From: Octopus bimaculoides
Lineage: Eukaryota
Length of the DNA: 64,000 nucleotides
Direction: 5' to 3'
NCBI RefSeq assembly: GCF_001194135.2
Contig: NC_068996.1
Span: forward strand, 24,726,724 to 24,790,723
The position numbers and the translations under genes are program-made. The notes beneath the pieces were generated by a model, which was not told the DNA's origin, ran no database searches, and saw only the letters and a list, made by a program, of their open reading frames with translations. Below are positions 1 through 14,192 of the stretch, in pieces; the stretch's first letter is position 1, and each line of letters begins with the position of its first letter.

Positions 1-59
1 GTATAAATTTACTAAAACCAGAAAATGGTTAACTACTTTTGAAGTTTGACATTCATGCT

Positions 60-700
60 GGTAATCATAGTCTGGGCCATATTTTACACTGCTTGGAGTT
101 TCTACCTATCACAATGGAGCCCAGCAATTTCCTTAAATAGATCAGTTTTTCTCCACTTGGGGAGTCTAGTTTGCATTTGCATCAGGAAGCTATTTTCTCG
201 CTTTCTCCACATTACGACACAATGAAATTCATCACCACCGATATCACTGCTACCAGCTCTTACTGTATCTAACGTTGACAACAACATAATTCATCTTTGC
301 GCATGTAAATTCACTAAGTGAATATGACATAGCGTTCCTACAGAAACCTTAATTTACCTTATACGATGTTTAATGTCGTTTCACATTCATGTTGAATTAT
401 GCAGCAATCTTATGTTCTCTTCATAGAACACTTGTAATGTATGTATTACCCATTCTTTTGGTATAGTAGATTTTTGCTATTCTTGTTTATGTCTCCTCAC
501 AGACGTGTATATTCTAACAAGTTGCTTCTTAAATTTCACACCTCTCTTGTTCAATAAACACCGAGTTTAACTTGCAAAGCTGTTTACATAATCAGTTTGA
601 TCGGTCACCTTCCTCTGTCGGTTGAGTAAAGTATCATCCAAGCTGATGTTTATTGGTAATTAAATAAACTTATTTTGCAACACTGGTGCATATTTATCAG
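60..700 (-). mobile_element. Possible heavily decayed LTR (Gypsy-like) integrase remnant
   Basis: One minus frame with several stops reads IPKEWVIHTLQVFYEE...M*NDIKHRIR...SDIGG...TRLPKW...GLHCDR, loosely paralleling the integrase zinc-finger/core order. Confidence 0.3.
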
Positions 701-1957
701 CTTTGTTTTTGTTGATAAGAATTATCAACAACTTTTCCTGTGATCGTGATTTGAGAAGACTTAGAGAAGTATGCTAAAGATCAGACATAATCTTTTGCGG
801 GCAAGAAATGTAAAATAAAGTTTATTATAAACAACACAAATACTTTGTAATTTAATAGCTTTCAATATGATACATGTTAAACAGAAATTATTCTTATTTA
901 ATAAAAATTTAATAAAATCTAATCATAAGTAAGTGAAATTATGCTAAATACAACTAAATTGAAAACCTTTTCCTTCTGGCCATATTGGCAATCCTGAAAA
1001 TTTTGGGGTGTGAATTTTACACGAGTAGAAGGTTTTTTTTAACAATTTTTATCCTGAAAATCACATGCGTAAATTACATGAGTTTTTACGGTATTTTCAA
1101 TTAAATAAATATAGTTTTAAAATATTTAGGAATTTAATGACAGGGATATAAATAACAATATGGGAATACATACAAAAAAGAGGATCTAGTTTCATTAACC
1201 CTGTAATTGCAGGTGCAACTGTGCAGTTAAGAAGTTTACTTCCCAACCACATGGTTGTAGGTTCAGTCTGCATCTTGGGGCAAGTGCCTTCTTTTATAGC
1301 TCTGGGCTGACCAAAGCTTTGAGTGGATTTAGTAGACTAAAACTGAAAGAAACTTGTTAAGTACGTATATTTGTTATTTGTGTGTGTATATACAGATGTT
1401 TATGTGTGTGCCTCCTTTCTTGACATGGGATAGTTATAAACAAGTGCCACTATTATACAAGTGGAATCTGTTGGCTTCTTTCATGGGGAAATGTCACCTT
1501 ACTTAGAAACAGGTGACGGTTAGTGGTATCTAGCTGTAAAAAACCCCAAAAAAACACAACTTTGTTCAAAGACAGGATATGTCGAGGCAGATTCCATACA
1601 GCCAGGTGCCCTTCCTGTCACCAACCCTCACATTTCCAAGTGAGGTAATATTCCCCATGACTATACTTGTTTGCACAGAAGATTGGAAACAAGGGACAAT
1701 GCTTATATGAAAGTGACACACCTGTGTGTGTGTGTGTGCATATATAACATGGTACTAGTCTCCCGAGCCTCAATCAATGCTATGAGTTCTATCATGTGGT
1801 AGGACTTGTTATCAATATCTCTAAGTGCACCTGGTTCTCAAAAGTTAAGAAACACATATATATAATGATGTTTCCTAACTATTATATGTAGTTTTATTTT
1901 TCTCTCAGAGGAAATTTTTTAGTTAAGATCATATTTAAAATCTTTTTGCATACTTAC

Positions 1958-2051
1958 CATTCTTAAATGCCAAGAATTCAAATACACTATGTACAATTGA
2001 TACGATAACAGTAATAGCCAGTAAGTATGGATTAGTTTCCAAGAAAGCAAT
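1958..2051 (-). CDS. CLPTM1: CLPTM1 coding exon 9 (IAFLETNPYLLAITVIVSIVHSVFEFLAFKN-D); gene continues beyond window start
   Basis: Acceptor ctccttgcag, donor gtaagt, 94 nt, phase 0/1. Nearly identical to human LLETNPYLLALTIIVSIVHSVFEFLAFKND. The following DIQFW exon was not seen in 1..1957. Confidence 0.97.
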
Positions 2052-3004
2052 CTGCAAGGAGAGAAAATAGCAACAATAAGAAAGACAATTTTTTATATAG
2101 GTAAAAATCTATAAATTTATAATGGAAGAATATAATCGATTAAAATAACCTCAATATTAGTCTGGTACATTGGGGTGAGGCAGGGGTTCAAAATGCCGAG
2201 TTAAGTTTAGTGGAATTTGAACCCAGGACAAACAGTTTATATTTTAGCTTCTTTAGAGAAGAAACTAAAATATAATTTCATCCAAATTAATTAAATCTCA
2301 GATTAAGAATGAGGTAATAAGGATCGTAGAAATGGCCAGTAAAATAAAGGACAGTGGCACCATTTATATTAATACCTGCAATAATGGGAGAATATGAATA
2401 TTTAACTTGATCTCCTGAAATTACTGAAACAAATATGTAAATGCTTCAAAGTAGATAAATCATGTATGTAGTTTTTTTTCAAAACAGTTTTTGCATTTCT
2501 GTTTTGAAAATTGGAGACTCCAAATGAGGGAAAAAAAACTCCTTTACATGCAACTTACATAATGCACATCTTGTAAAAAGAAATTTTATTTTACAATTTA
2601 CACAAAATATGGGGTTTTATAAGAGGTTTGTTATAATATTTGTAAACTATGCTCCAAGCTTATTCAATCTTAATATTTTTACATCAGCTAGAGCCAATGC
2701 CATTTATAGGCCTATTGAAATCAGGACAGAAAGATTATAACAGTAATGAGTAGAGGTAATAAGGGCAGCAAGCTGCCAGAAACGTTGGCACACTGGGCGA
2801 AATGCTTAGCAGTATTTCATCTGTCTTTACATTCTGAGTTCAAATTCCGCCAAGGTCAACTTTGCCTTTCATCTTTTCGAGGTCGATTAAATAAGTACCA
2901 GTTATGCACTGGGTTCGATCTAATCAACTTAATCCCTTTGTCTATCCTTGTTTGTCCCCTCTATGTTTAGCCCCTTGTGGGCAATAAAGAAATAAGTAAT
3001 TAGA

Positions 3005-3290
3005 GTTAGAGGCCAATATAGCAGCAGTAAAAAAAAGCAGAGAGAAGAGACAGGATATCTATATGGACCAGAGAATGGAGCATGCCTGTGAGTGATTTTA
3101 TGCTAATTGCTTGACTGAACCTCTTCTGAAGGCTGCCAAGTATATGTAGCAGCACTTTCAAATGTGGGAGCAGTACCTTCATTAAGAATCTCATCTAAAT
3201 TTTGTAGAGGCTTTATAGCTGTTGGGGGCTGAAATATCTGGATCTAACAAGGACTAGTCCTTGAGATAATATGTTAAGAGGAATCTTCAA
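3005..3290 (-). mobile_element. Fragment of the same non-RTE LINE type (RT C-terminus)
   Basis: RYFSPQQL*SLYK...LGSLQKRFSQAI...LHSLVH...SLLSAFFYCCY resembles LLTLYK...LDRIQRRA...L.SL.HRR..ASLSLFYRYY. Confidence 0.5.
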
Positions 3291-3852
3291 TGATAACATT
3301 TCAAGCAATCACAAGGGTTCAAATTGCATGCTGTGCATGCTTAAGTGTATTGAGATGCAATGATATGTATTTGGTACATGCACCATTTCCTCTAAACATT
3401 GAAAATACATGAGAATGCTGATTGATGTGAGCCTGATATTTCATTCAAGAGGAAGATTTACACTTTACCTGTCTAATGTCAAGAAACAAGAGCTAAATAC
3501 TCATTACTTTGGTGAAATAATATATTATCCACATATAGTACTAAGATTTGAACTCTTGTGTGTGTGTGTTTGTGTGTGCTAGAGAGTGAATAATTGAACA
3601 CATCAACTATCCTCTGTTATTACACATCTCTGGATATCTAAATAGAGAATTACTTTAATGTACACTAATAAAATGATATATTTTGTCAAAAATGAACACA
3701 GTACACAGGCAAGGCCGTGTGTTTATGTGTTTGCTCCCACTGGCAACCAGTGTTGATTTGCTTGATTGCAGTCCTACGACTGAAATAAGTAAAAGAGTAG
3801 TGCAAATAGAAAGTGAAAAATAAGAGAATTTCTGAAACAATAAAATACAAAC

Positions 3853-3997
3853 CTTGACAGAATCCTGCTCTTCCTCTCCTTCCTCAACAAAATTTGATCC
3901 CAATACATTGTACCACTTATTACGCATATTTTGTGCTGCATACAATTGCCAACGGAACAGTGAAATTGGTTTATAAGTGAGAGTTAGGTTCACAACC
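3853..3997 (-). CDS. CLPTM1: CLPTM1 coding exon 8 (VVNLTLTYKPISLFRWQLYAAQ...EEQDSVK)
   Basis: Acceptor attatcttag, donor gtttgt, 145 nt, phase 2/0. Matches human PLSLWRWQLYAAQ...DEEQDSVK. Confidence 0.96.
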
Positions 3998-4917
3998 CTA
4001 AGATAATGAGAATGAAGAAATAAAATATTAGCATACAAAATAGTTTATAGGAAAAAAGTCTTACATAAATGTTGAGTACAGGTCTACACATGCTTGTTGG
4101 ATGAGTGAGAAAGCTACTTTCCCTATTTTCTCATCATGGCAGGAGTTGGACAGTTTGGATACAAATCAACAAGCCTGAGGGCAACATTGTGTTCCAAGGT
4201 CTGCTTTGGAATGGTTTCTATGGCTGGATGCTCTTCCTAACACTTAAAAATATTTGTAACACTGGATATACGTTGTCACAAATTCTGAGGAAGAAGCACA
4301 GTTTATTGAAACATTCCCATTATTTACCTGATGCTTGTTTCATAGACATTAGTTAGTTTGGAACAGGCAACACAAAATAACGAAATTACTATTGCAAGAT
4401 ATTTTGCCTGACAACCTTCAACACCACATCCCTAATGAAGTTCAGAGCCCTTTTTTAAAATGCAAAATTAGCACAAGCCCAAAGCAGTTTGCAGTGAAAT
4501 AAAATAGGTTTCCAAGAAGCACTCAATTTACAAGAATGATTAATATTAGACAAAATGCCTTGCAATACTTCTAGATCTTTACCACCTGAGTTCAAATCCT
4601 GCTCAGGTCAACTTAGCTTTTCATCTCTGGTAAGTGTGTGTATGGGGCAGAGAAAGAGAGAGAGGTTTGTTTCAATAAAATATAGTACCATCCAGATACT
4701 GGGGTCAATTCAAGTGACTTCACTTCTCCAAATTACTTGTCTCGTGTCTAAATTATGAATCAATTCTAGCATGGAAGACTGTCCCTACAATGAAAAGATG
4801 CTATAGTCATAAAAAATACTTCTAGGTAGCAGAGATCTTTTTGAGGAGATAATATGATATAGTGATGTGCTATGTAATTTTATTGAAATGCCAGAAGATC
4901 AATAAATTCATATTTAC

Positions 4918-5020
4918 TTTGTAGAGTGATTAATTGGCACATAATCACTGTTGAGGTTCCAGTAGTCATTGAAGAAGATTACCGGGAAGTACTTGTTGGA
5001 TCCAAGTTGAAAAACAACAT
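4918..5020 (-). CDS. CLPTM1: CLPTM1 coding exon 7 (YVVFQLGSNKYFPVIFFNDYWNLNSDYVPINHSTK)
   Basis: Acceptor attatcag, donor gtaaat, 103 nt, phase 1/2. Matches human YYPIIYFNDYWNLQQDYYPINES. Confidence 0.96.
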
Positions 5021-5206
5021 CTGATAATAGTGAGACGAAAACAAAATTATCATCACAAAAACAATATATTATTCCATAAGGAAATCAGTTAAAAATAAAG
5101 TGAACATTACAACATTGTTTCAAACAGAAACCCTTTACTGATGAAGAAATTTAATTAAGAAATGTTTGAAATGGGCATAATAATTAAAATAAAGACAACA
5201 ACTTAC

Positions 5207-5324
5207 ATTCATCCAAGGGCGGAGGAACCTGCCCTTTAACCCAAGGAAAATCATCATCAAGAAGATTAATAGTTAGGTTCGGATGCCAGTGAGATATAAT
5301 TTCATATGATGAAGAATTTTCTTT
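5207..5324 (-). CDS. CLPTM1: CLPTM1 coding exon 6 (KENSSSYEIISHWHPNLTINLLDDDFPWVKGQVPPPLDE)
   Basis: Acceptor ttttttacag, donor gtaagt, 118 nt, phase 0/1. Matches human VISHWHPNITINIVDDHTPWVKGSVPPPLDQ. Confidence 0.97.
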
Positions 5325-8300
5325 CTGTAAAAAAATACATGAACAATATATAAATATATAATACAAGGATGTATAAAACTGCTGATGTTGCCGCGCCACT
5401 GCCACCAGTTTCTTAAGTTAGAGAATTAAGTGAGATTGCAAACAATCTACAAGTGTCTTGCTATTTCATTTAACTGAACAATAAGTTTACTTTATTTGGT
5501 TACTACAATTACTCAGTCAGTGGACTCTGGCCATGCCGAGGCATCATCTTGAAGAGTATTTGTTTATATTGTGCCCTGTACTTATATCCCTTGCAGTGTT
5601 TTGCATTCTCTACATTCTGGGACCAAATGTCCCTGTGTTTAAATACTAGTAAAATATTGATTGTATTTATGTTAGAAATTATCATTATTATATCTACAGA
5701 GGATATGCAAAAGCTTGAAAGAAATAAAGCCAGCATGCTCTGCCGGATGGTTAATGTCAGTGAGCATGAGAAAAATTGGGTATAAGTGACATCAGATATA
5801 GTGTGCAAGATACTGTTAGTATGATCATGAGATGCATATGGACAAGGACAGCTGCATAAAGTGCTGATCTTTAATTATGGAGGGAACTTGTGGAAGGGAC
5901 AGGTCCAGGAAGACTTGGGACAAAGTGGTGAGAAATGATCTGCTGATGTTAAGCCTCACAGAGATGACAAGTGACTGAGGTGATTTGCTGAGCTAAAATG
6001 ATGTCCATCCATACATACAGGCATGTCCTTTATGACCACGACCCTGCCTCACACACACAATCTGTCCTGTCAAAATACCCCTACACTCCATCTTTTCAAC
6101 ATCCTCATTCTACTACCCAGGATCACCACTCACTGCAGGCCCCTTCACTCTCCTTCATGAGCCTATCCAAACATTTTCCGTGCCCCCTCCCTGTCACTAT
6201 TTTCTCTCACTATCACTTGCTACAATCATGTCTCCTATCTCTATACACCGCCCCCTCACTCTAATGAAACATCCTCCTTTACCCCATCCTGTACTACTTA
6301 TAACCCCCTCCCCTTATACATTTCCAACACCATCTACCCCCNNNNNNNNNNTTAACTGACCAAGTCTCTCCTCAACTCCAAACCCAGAAGGAAACTTGCA
6401 ACCTTGATGAATGGCACCCACCACAAGAATACTTTAATAAATTATAAGTAATTAAACTGCACTAGCTGTTGATTGGAACCATAGCTGCAACATTTAGGTT
6501 AATGCTTGTTAATACTCTTGTGAAATATATGAAATAGGTCATATTAAATAAATTGTAGACAATGAAATGTGAGGCTGTAGTGTGATAAGTCTAAAATTCA
6601 TCTCCTTTTCACAGACCAAAAAACCATTTGGTGCTTAACTCAGCTAGACAGCCTCAGCAGACCACTAAGAGCAGATGGTCACAGCAGACTATTAAGAACA
6701 GACAGTTTTAGGCATTCAGACACACTACCTTAAGTAAGATACAACTTTGGACACTCTAACATGATGTACTACAGCAAGCCTACTACAAAATACAGCACAG
6801 TTTTCTCTTCCCAGCCAGTGGTTATATTATCAGCATTATTCTTGTGTAGACAGCCAACACAGTAAATCACATCCAGCAATAATAAATATGTTAAAAGTTG
6901 AAAGTTTGTGAGTTGTTTCATTTATTATACATGCAGCCAGTTAGACCACATGACAATGGTCTTCAATAATACAACACACACCAACAAGCAACCTCCATGA
7001 CAAAGCTGGTTAAGCATCCTTGCGACAATCTAATCAATAAGTGCAGTTTCTTTGCATTTAACTTATATTTAAAAAAAAAATATTCTTGTGGTAAGTGCCA
7101 CTTATCATGACAGTCAAAGACTAGGAAGGTCATGCAGGTCATAGATTTGGCAGCAATTATGTCATTATTACTAACAATAACTATTACACAGCTACTGTTG
7201 ACTGAAAGGATAAGGATGGATATATTTACAAGGTGTCCAACATGAATATATATTTTATTTGTTTCAGTCAGACACCACTTTGAAGAAGTTTTAGTTTCTT
7301 CTACCAAATCTACTCAGGGTTTTGGTCAGCCTGTGAGACTACAGTAAAAGATACTTGCCCAAGGTGTCACCACTATGGGGCTGAACCCAGAACTATGTGG
7401 TTTGGAAGCAAGCTTCTTATCACATAGCCATGTCTGTGCCTATATTTATTGTATCATCATTGTCATTCAACGTCTGTTGTCCATGCTGGCATGGGTTGGA
7501 CAGTGACCAGGGTTGGTAAGCTGAGGAGCTGCACCAGACTCCAGTCTGGTTTGGCATGGTTTCTATGGCTGGATGCCCTACGATTGTTGACAAGATCCAT
7601 GAAAATTAAAAGATTAAGTATCAAAGGATATTAATAGGGACAAAAAAACAAACAAACAAACAAACAAAAAAAACAATTTAGCTGTAACCATGACCACTTC
7701 TGTGCAATAATCCAGGTTGCTGTGGTTGATGTTTAGCTTCAATTTCTTTACATCAAATACAAGAGCGAGAATATTTCCAGTGATTTGCAGCAGTTTTGGG
7801 GAAAATGGAAATATGTTATACCAACCGTAGGAGAAAGTGAAACTGCAAATGGGTGATAAGAACTGGTGTGGGTGGTGTGCTTTGAGTGGAACTAGTATGT
7901 TCTCAAGCCCTCATCAACAGTCATTCTATATCACATTACCACCATGTAATACATGTTAAGTTTAGAATTAAATAAGAAATAAATATATTTCTGTAACTAC
8001 AATAATAAGGAGAATTTATTGGGAGAAAAATGAAAAAATTGGCAAGCTTTAGATTAATTGACCTGGCGGAATTGTGAGCACACTGGGCACTTAGCAGCAT
8101 TTTGTCCATCTTTACATTCTGAGTTCAAATTCCTCCAAAATCAACATTGCCTTTCATCCTTACGGGGTCTATAAAATCAGTATCAGTGAGCACTGGGGTC
8201 GATGTAATTAACTTAACCTCTTCCCTGAACTCGTCAGTCTCGTACTAAAATTTGAAACAAATTAAGGTAAAAATTTACCTTTACATAATAAATAGGTCAC

Positions 8301-9394
8301 TGTGACATATTTTCGAATATGCACGGTAAATATATTTATATTGGTATTCTTATTTGTTTCAGCCATTTGACTTCGGCCATGCTGGAGCACCGCCTTTAGT
8401 CGAACAAATCGACCCCAGGACATTCTTTGTAAACCTAGCACTTATTCTATCGGTCTCTTTGGCCGAACCGCTAAGTTGCAGGGATGTGAACACACCAACA
8501 TCGGTTGCCAAGCGATGGCGGTAGGGGGGGGATAAACAGATACACACACACACATACGATGGGCTTCTTTCAGTTTCTGTCTACCAAATCCACTTACAAG
8601 GCTTTGGTCAGGCCCGAAGCTATAGTAGAAGACACTTGCTCAAGGTGCCACGCAGTAGGACTGAATCCGGAACCATGTGGTTGGTAAGCATACTACTTTA
8701 TTTCATAAATATTTGCCATACCACAGCCACTCCTGTGCCTATAATCACATTTATTGGAGAAAGAGAATGAGAGATGTTTAGCTGAACAACCTCACATAAC
8801 TGATAGTTATTTTATTAATTGTTAATAAGTGGAAAGTCAAAGTTGGTCCTTGTGTGATTCTAACTCAAAATGTAAAAGGCTTGAAACTCAATAGGACAAA
8901 ACATTTAACCTGGTTGTCTACTGGACCAAAGACCACTAGATAATTTCCTTTGTTCCAAGGGAATAATTCTTGAAAAGAGGATTAAATTCTTTTATTCCAC
9001 TGAACCCAGAGGTAGCCAATCAGCTGCTCTGGCAACGATCACGCTCGGATGGTGCTCTTAGCGCTCCACTAGCATGGATGCCAGTCATTGAATTTGATTT
9101 CGATTTCACTTGCCTCAACAGGTCTTCGCAAGCAGAGTTTAGTGTCCAATGATGGAAAGGTACACCTAAGTGGGCTGGTTACACCCCTGGTATAGGCCAC
9201 GGGTTATGGTCTCACTTGGCTTGCCAGGTTTTCTCACGCACAGCATATTTCCAAATTGCATAACCTAATAGGTAACATTATGTAAATTCATTGCATTACA
9301 GAGTGAAGGGGAGATAGGAATGCAATCACAGCAATAAGTTTAATGTTTTCCTTTTCAGTGTATTGTGCAGGGGGCATTGTCTTCAAGAGTATTT

Positions 9395-9985
9395 GATTAT
9401 ATATTGTATTTGCATATGGATGAGGATAGCTGTGTGAAAAAGTGTCACACCCTAACAGTGGAGGGAACCTGTGGAAGAGGTAGACCCAGTAAGACATGGG
9501 ATGAGGTGGTGAAGCATGACCATCGAACATTGGGCCTCACAGAGGCAATGACAAACGACCAAGACCTTTGGAGATACACTGTGCATGAGAAAACCCGGCA
9601 AGCCAAGTGAGATCGTAGCTGTGGCCAATGCCAGTGTCGAATAATGAGCCAGTTTAAAAATACCCTCCAGTTGTTGGGCAATATGCTGTGCATGAGAAAA
9701 CCAGTTGAGTCAAATGAAATCATAGTCATGGCTGATGCCAGTGCTGCCTGACTGGCCCCTATGCCGGTGACATGTTAAAAGCACTATGTGAGCGTGGTTG
9801 ATGCCAGTGCCACCTGACTGGCTCCCGTGCTAGTGGCACGTAGAAAACTGGTTTTAGAAAGGGCATCCAACTATAGAAACATTGCTAGATCAGATTGGAG
9901 CCTGGAGCAGCCACCTGGCTTGCCAGTCAAACCGTTCAACCCATGCCAGCATGGAAAGCAAACGCTAAATGATGATGATGATATT
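9395..9985 (+). mobile_element. RTE 3' end (ORF2 C-terminus + 3'UTR + (GAT)n)
   Basis: MDEDSCVKKCHTLTVEGTCGRGRPSKTWDEVVKHD...EKTRQAK*, followed by the modular 3'UTR and a gatgatgat tail. Confidence 0.85.
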
Positions 9986-11269
9986 GTGTCCTATAATTAA
10001 TTTTACTGGCCTGGAAGGATGAAAGAAAACTGAATTCGTTTGGGATTTGAAATCAAAATTACAAGAATATACACTCTACTGATTTGTTCACCAAGCTTGC
10101 CAATATAAATATGTGACAACTACAGAATGAATGAGCATACAATGGAAGAATTAGCAACACTGCAATTAAGAATAAAGTTGACCAAAGCTATGGTGCAGTC
10201 TTACTCTGCTACAAGAACGTTATTCTATGGTGGCAAACTGTACAATGTCACAACAGTAGCTTCTTTATGGATGAAGAGTGACTTTACAAAGAACAAGTAG
10301 GAATTTTACTGGGAATAGATTTCAAAAGTTTACCACATATCCTATAAGCACTAACTAGCATAGCCAGAGTGTGTGCTGCCCCTGGACCCCACAAGAAACA
10401 CATATTGCCTACAGCAATAGCCTACAACAGTCCTGAGATGGACTGTCCCACCTCCCAGCTACACTAGTGCCTATAAGGCAAAGGTTACATGTTTTGATGT
10501 GCCAGTTTAAACTTCAGAGGAAAGTTATCTAAGCTAAATTCACCATGAAAATTGTAAGTTTAGTTTAGATAGTAGAACTATAAGCGATCAAAGGATTTAT
10601 ATATATAGCTAACACATGCCAAAACATTTTGGCAAAGAATGCTGGAAGCACTTCAACTTTGTTTATCTCCCCACCCCAACAAGTTTTCTAAGCAAAATAA
10701 GACTGCATGTTCGTGTTTTGAATGTTATTGACGCCTGGAAATGTGCACATGTAATTCTTGGGCCAATTCAGTATGAAACAATATGTGACAATGCAATCAT
10801 ATCTGATACTATGGTAAAAAAGACACTCATAATGCCATGCAGTGGGATTGAACACAGGGTCTTCTGACATGAAGCAATCACCTTAACATCATTTTGGCAT
10901 GTCTGCATCTATACATACAATCACATAAATATGCACACAAAGTAATTCAAGATTACCTTTAGCATTTTTATACTTAAAATTGTTACTACACACACACACT
11001 TTACTTCTTTCAGTCACTGATCTGCATTCATGCAAGAACACTGCCTTGAAAGGTTTTAGTCAAACAAATTGTCTCCTTTCAAATACCACATTCACTCAAA
11101 AAGCAAATGTTGACCTAGAGTTATAGAAGACACACGTCCAAGCACCATTCAGTGGGATATAATGCCAAATCATATGGTTGTAAAAAGAACTTCTTAACCA
11201 CACAGCCATGCCTGTAACTTATACACATATAATTTAATGTTTTCTCTGGCTGGATGCCCTCCCTGGGCC

Positions 11270-12660
11270 TCCCCTTCCATAGGTTCCATCCACATTAGCG
11301 ATTAGCACTTCTCTATGCAGTTATCCTCATCACATGACTATACCAGTGCAGTTTTCTCTCTTGCACACATTTGATGTTTCTTATGCTCAATTTTTCTTTC
11401 AATACATTTGCACTTTGTAGCACAAGTACAATGACGTTGCACATCCACCTGTGAGCCTTCACATGCCCTCTGCATTCATAGCCCATGTTTCAGTACCATG
11501 TAGCATTGTTGTTCATACACAGGCATCATACAATCAGCCTGTCATTCTGAGAGAAAGGCCTTTTATTACGAAGAGGTAATAGCTCCTGAACTTTCTCCAG
11601 CCAGTTCTAACTTGTTCACACTATACTTTTAGATTAATCATCTCCCCTGCTAATTACATCTAGGTAACAAAAGCTACTAACTACCTTTAGTAAACCAATA
11701 GGTGTGCTCATAGTATGTATTGCTTAAATGCATTTATTACACACAAAGCATACTTTCAGAGTTAGTCTGCCTTACTCTTTTTCTGCATAACAAACAAGAC
11801 CATTTTCTCTAAAAATATCAGGATCCTGTTTTCTTTCGTACTTAGTAAAACCTTAGTCTTTGCTAAATTAACCTTAAAACCTCTTGATTCTAGGTTTAGC
11901 TTCCATGCTCAGAATTTCTGAATTTCACTAGAGATTTAGCAATGAAAACTAGATCATCAGCTTATCAGGGATCTCATACGTACCCAACAATGTCATTCTG
12001 AAAATATACTATCATATCAATGAAATCTCAAAGCTACAAGATAATGTATGATAAATTCACAATGATGTGAATAAATAACTTCTCCAAGCCAATGAATGCC
12101 AGGAACAGTTGTTTACTCTTAGCTAAGTATTTTTCCTTCATATTGTCTTATTACAAAGATTGGTACCTCTTCAAGAGATATGGCATCTCAACTAGGTTTA
12201 GTGTCATGAACCAATTGTGCTATGACCCTCTCTCCATTACCTTTGATAATCTCCTCTCAAGTTTTCTCTTTGTAAGGCATCTCCTTTGCTTTTGAGGCAG
12301 TTTATGATGGCACCACTACACCAGTCACCTCCTTGCATAACTCGATCAATTATCCACACTGTAATCATGTAGCCTATCTCAAGAGACATTTTGAGCATTT
12401 TTGCAACTATCATTAATAGACCTGCAGCTTTCTTTATGCCTTTGACTGCTTTACCTATTCTGCTGGTGACACCTTGAATTGTTGATCACTTTGAGGTGAG
12501 CATGCAGTAGTCCCTCTTTAGCCAATGTGTTCTTTATATTCAACAGCATCTCATGAGTGTGCTTCCATACCATTTTCTTGTCTTTCATACTTATGGTGAA
12601 CATGCTCTCATTGTTCCAAAAACATTTCTTATTAATGATATCTTGCTTGCTCCCAAATAC
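11270..12660 (-). mobile_element. Degenerate RTE LINE fragment with a MITE piece inserted at ~11990..12080
   Basis: The reverse complement aligns by eye to the RTE copies at 31-34 kb (GRGRP motif, VMLYG.ETWA region, KLRVN..KTKV). Confidence 0.68.
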
Positions 12661-13635
12661 TGTCTCATAATATGGAAAGCTTCAAAATTTTGATGCTAAT
12701 GTTGCAGCATAAAAGATGCACAAGTATATTAAATGTATCCCAATATCAGCAGTGCGTAGTCACAAATAAAATGTTTAAGTGCATTCAAACATGCACTTTA
12801 GGATCAACTTTGCATATAGAACCCAGGACAAGGCTGTGAAGCCATGAATTTCACCACCCATCACCCATGTGGATTTGGGTTGAGCACATTGTGTGATACC
12901 ACAAGCAAATGTCTCTTACAATAACCCTGGGCCAATGCAAAGCTTGTTAATGGATTTTTTAGATGGAAACCGGCAAGGCCACATATGGCATCTTGGAGAA
13001 AGTGTTTTCTACAATAGCTCTGAGGTCAATCAAAGTGTTCTAAGATTTTGTAAATGGAAACTGAAAACCACATTTATATTCTTTATTTATACCTATATCT
13101 GTGTGTGTGTGTACATTATATATATAGGCAGTGTTTCAGATCAGGACACCCACATAAGTTGGATTTTCTGTTTTGACAGGGAGTTTTCCAATTTTCCGTT
13201 TTTTATCACAGCCTTCAAAATGATTGGGGTATGGAAGAGGAGAAACATCATTCTATGAAAGAAAATTTAAAAAAAAATTTTTTTTTTCAACTCCCTTTCC
13301 CCCTCACAACCCACATTTGGACCAATTTTTTTTGCACTAGCAATGGAGTTTAAAAGAGTGATCAAACAGATTTTGACAGAGCAATTATAGAAATAGAAAG
13401 CAAAAGTTATTTTACACACACACACATTCTTTTATTCTTTTACTTGTTTCAGTCATTTGACTGTGGCCATGCTGGAGAACTACCATGAAGGGTCAAGTCC
13501 CCAGGACTTATTCTTTGTAAGCCTAGCATTTATTCTATCAGTCTCTTATGCAGAACTGTTAAGTTACAGGGATGTAAACACACCAATGTTGACTGTCAAG
13601 CGATAGTGGGGAGGGGGTCAAACAGACACAAACAC

Positions 13636-13676
<41 letters not shown>

Positions 13677-14094
13677 TACACAAAAGACAGGCTTCTTGTA
13701 GTTTCTGTCTACCAAATCCATTCACAAAGCTTGCCCAAGGTGCTACGCAGTGAAACTGAACATGGAACCATGTAGTTGGGAAGTAATCTTTGTACCACAC
13801 AATTATGCCTGCACCTTTTATATACATATAAAATCATCATTGCTTTTACGTTCACTTTTCCATGTTTGAATAGGTCAGATAGAATTTGCTGAACCAGATC
13901 TATGTCTGAATGCCCTTCCTGTCACAAACTGTTTTCATGCAATTCAAATTTTCTCCAAAGCCAGAAAATGGAAATGGGCAACACCATTTGTTTGATGGTA
14001 ATGTCCATTTTATAACTGTCATGCAATAACCAAGACAATAAGATACAACCCACCACACACAATAGTTACTTATCATTCTCTATCCACCAACTCT

Positions 14095-14097
<3 letters not shown>

Positions 14098-14189
<92 letters not shown>
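14098..14189. repeat. (GA)n microsatellite
   Basis: Uninterrupted GA run of ~92 nt. Confidence 0.99.
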
Positions 14190-14192
<3 letters not shown>

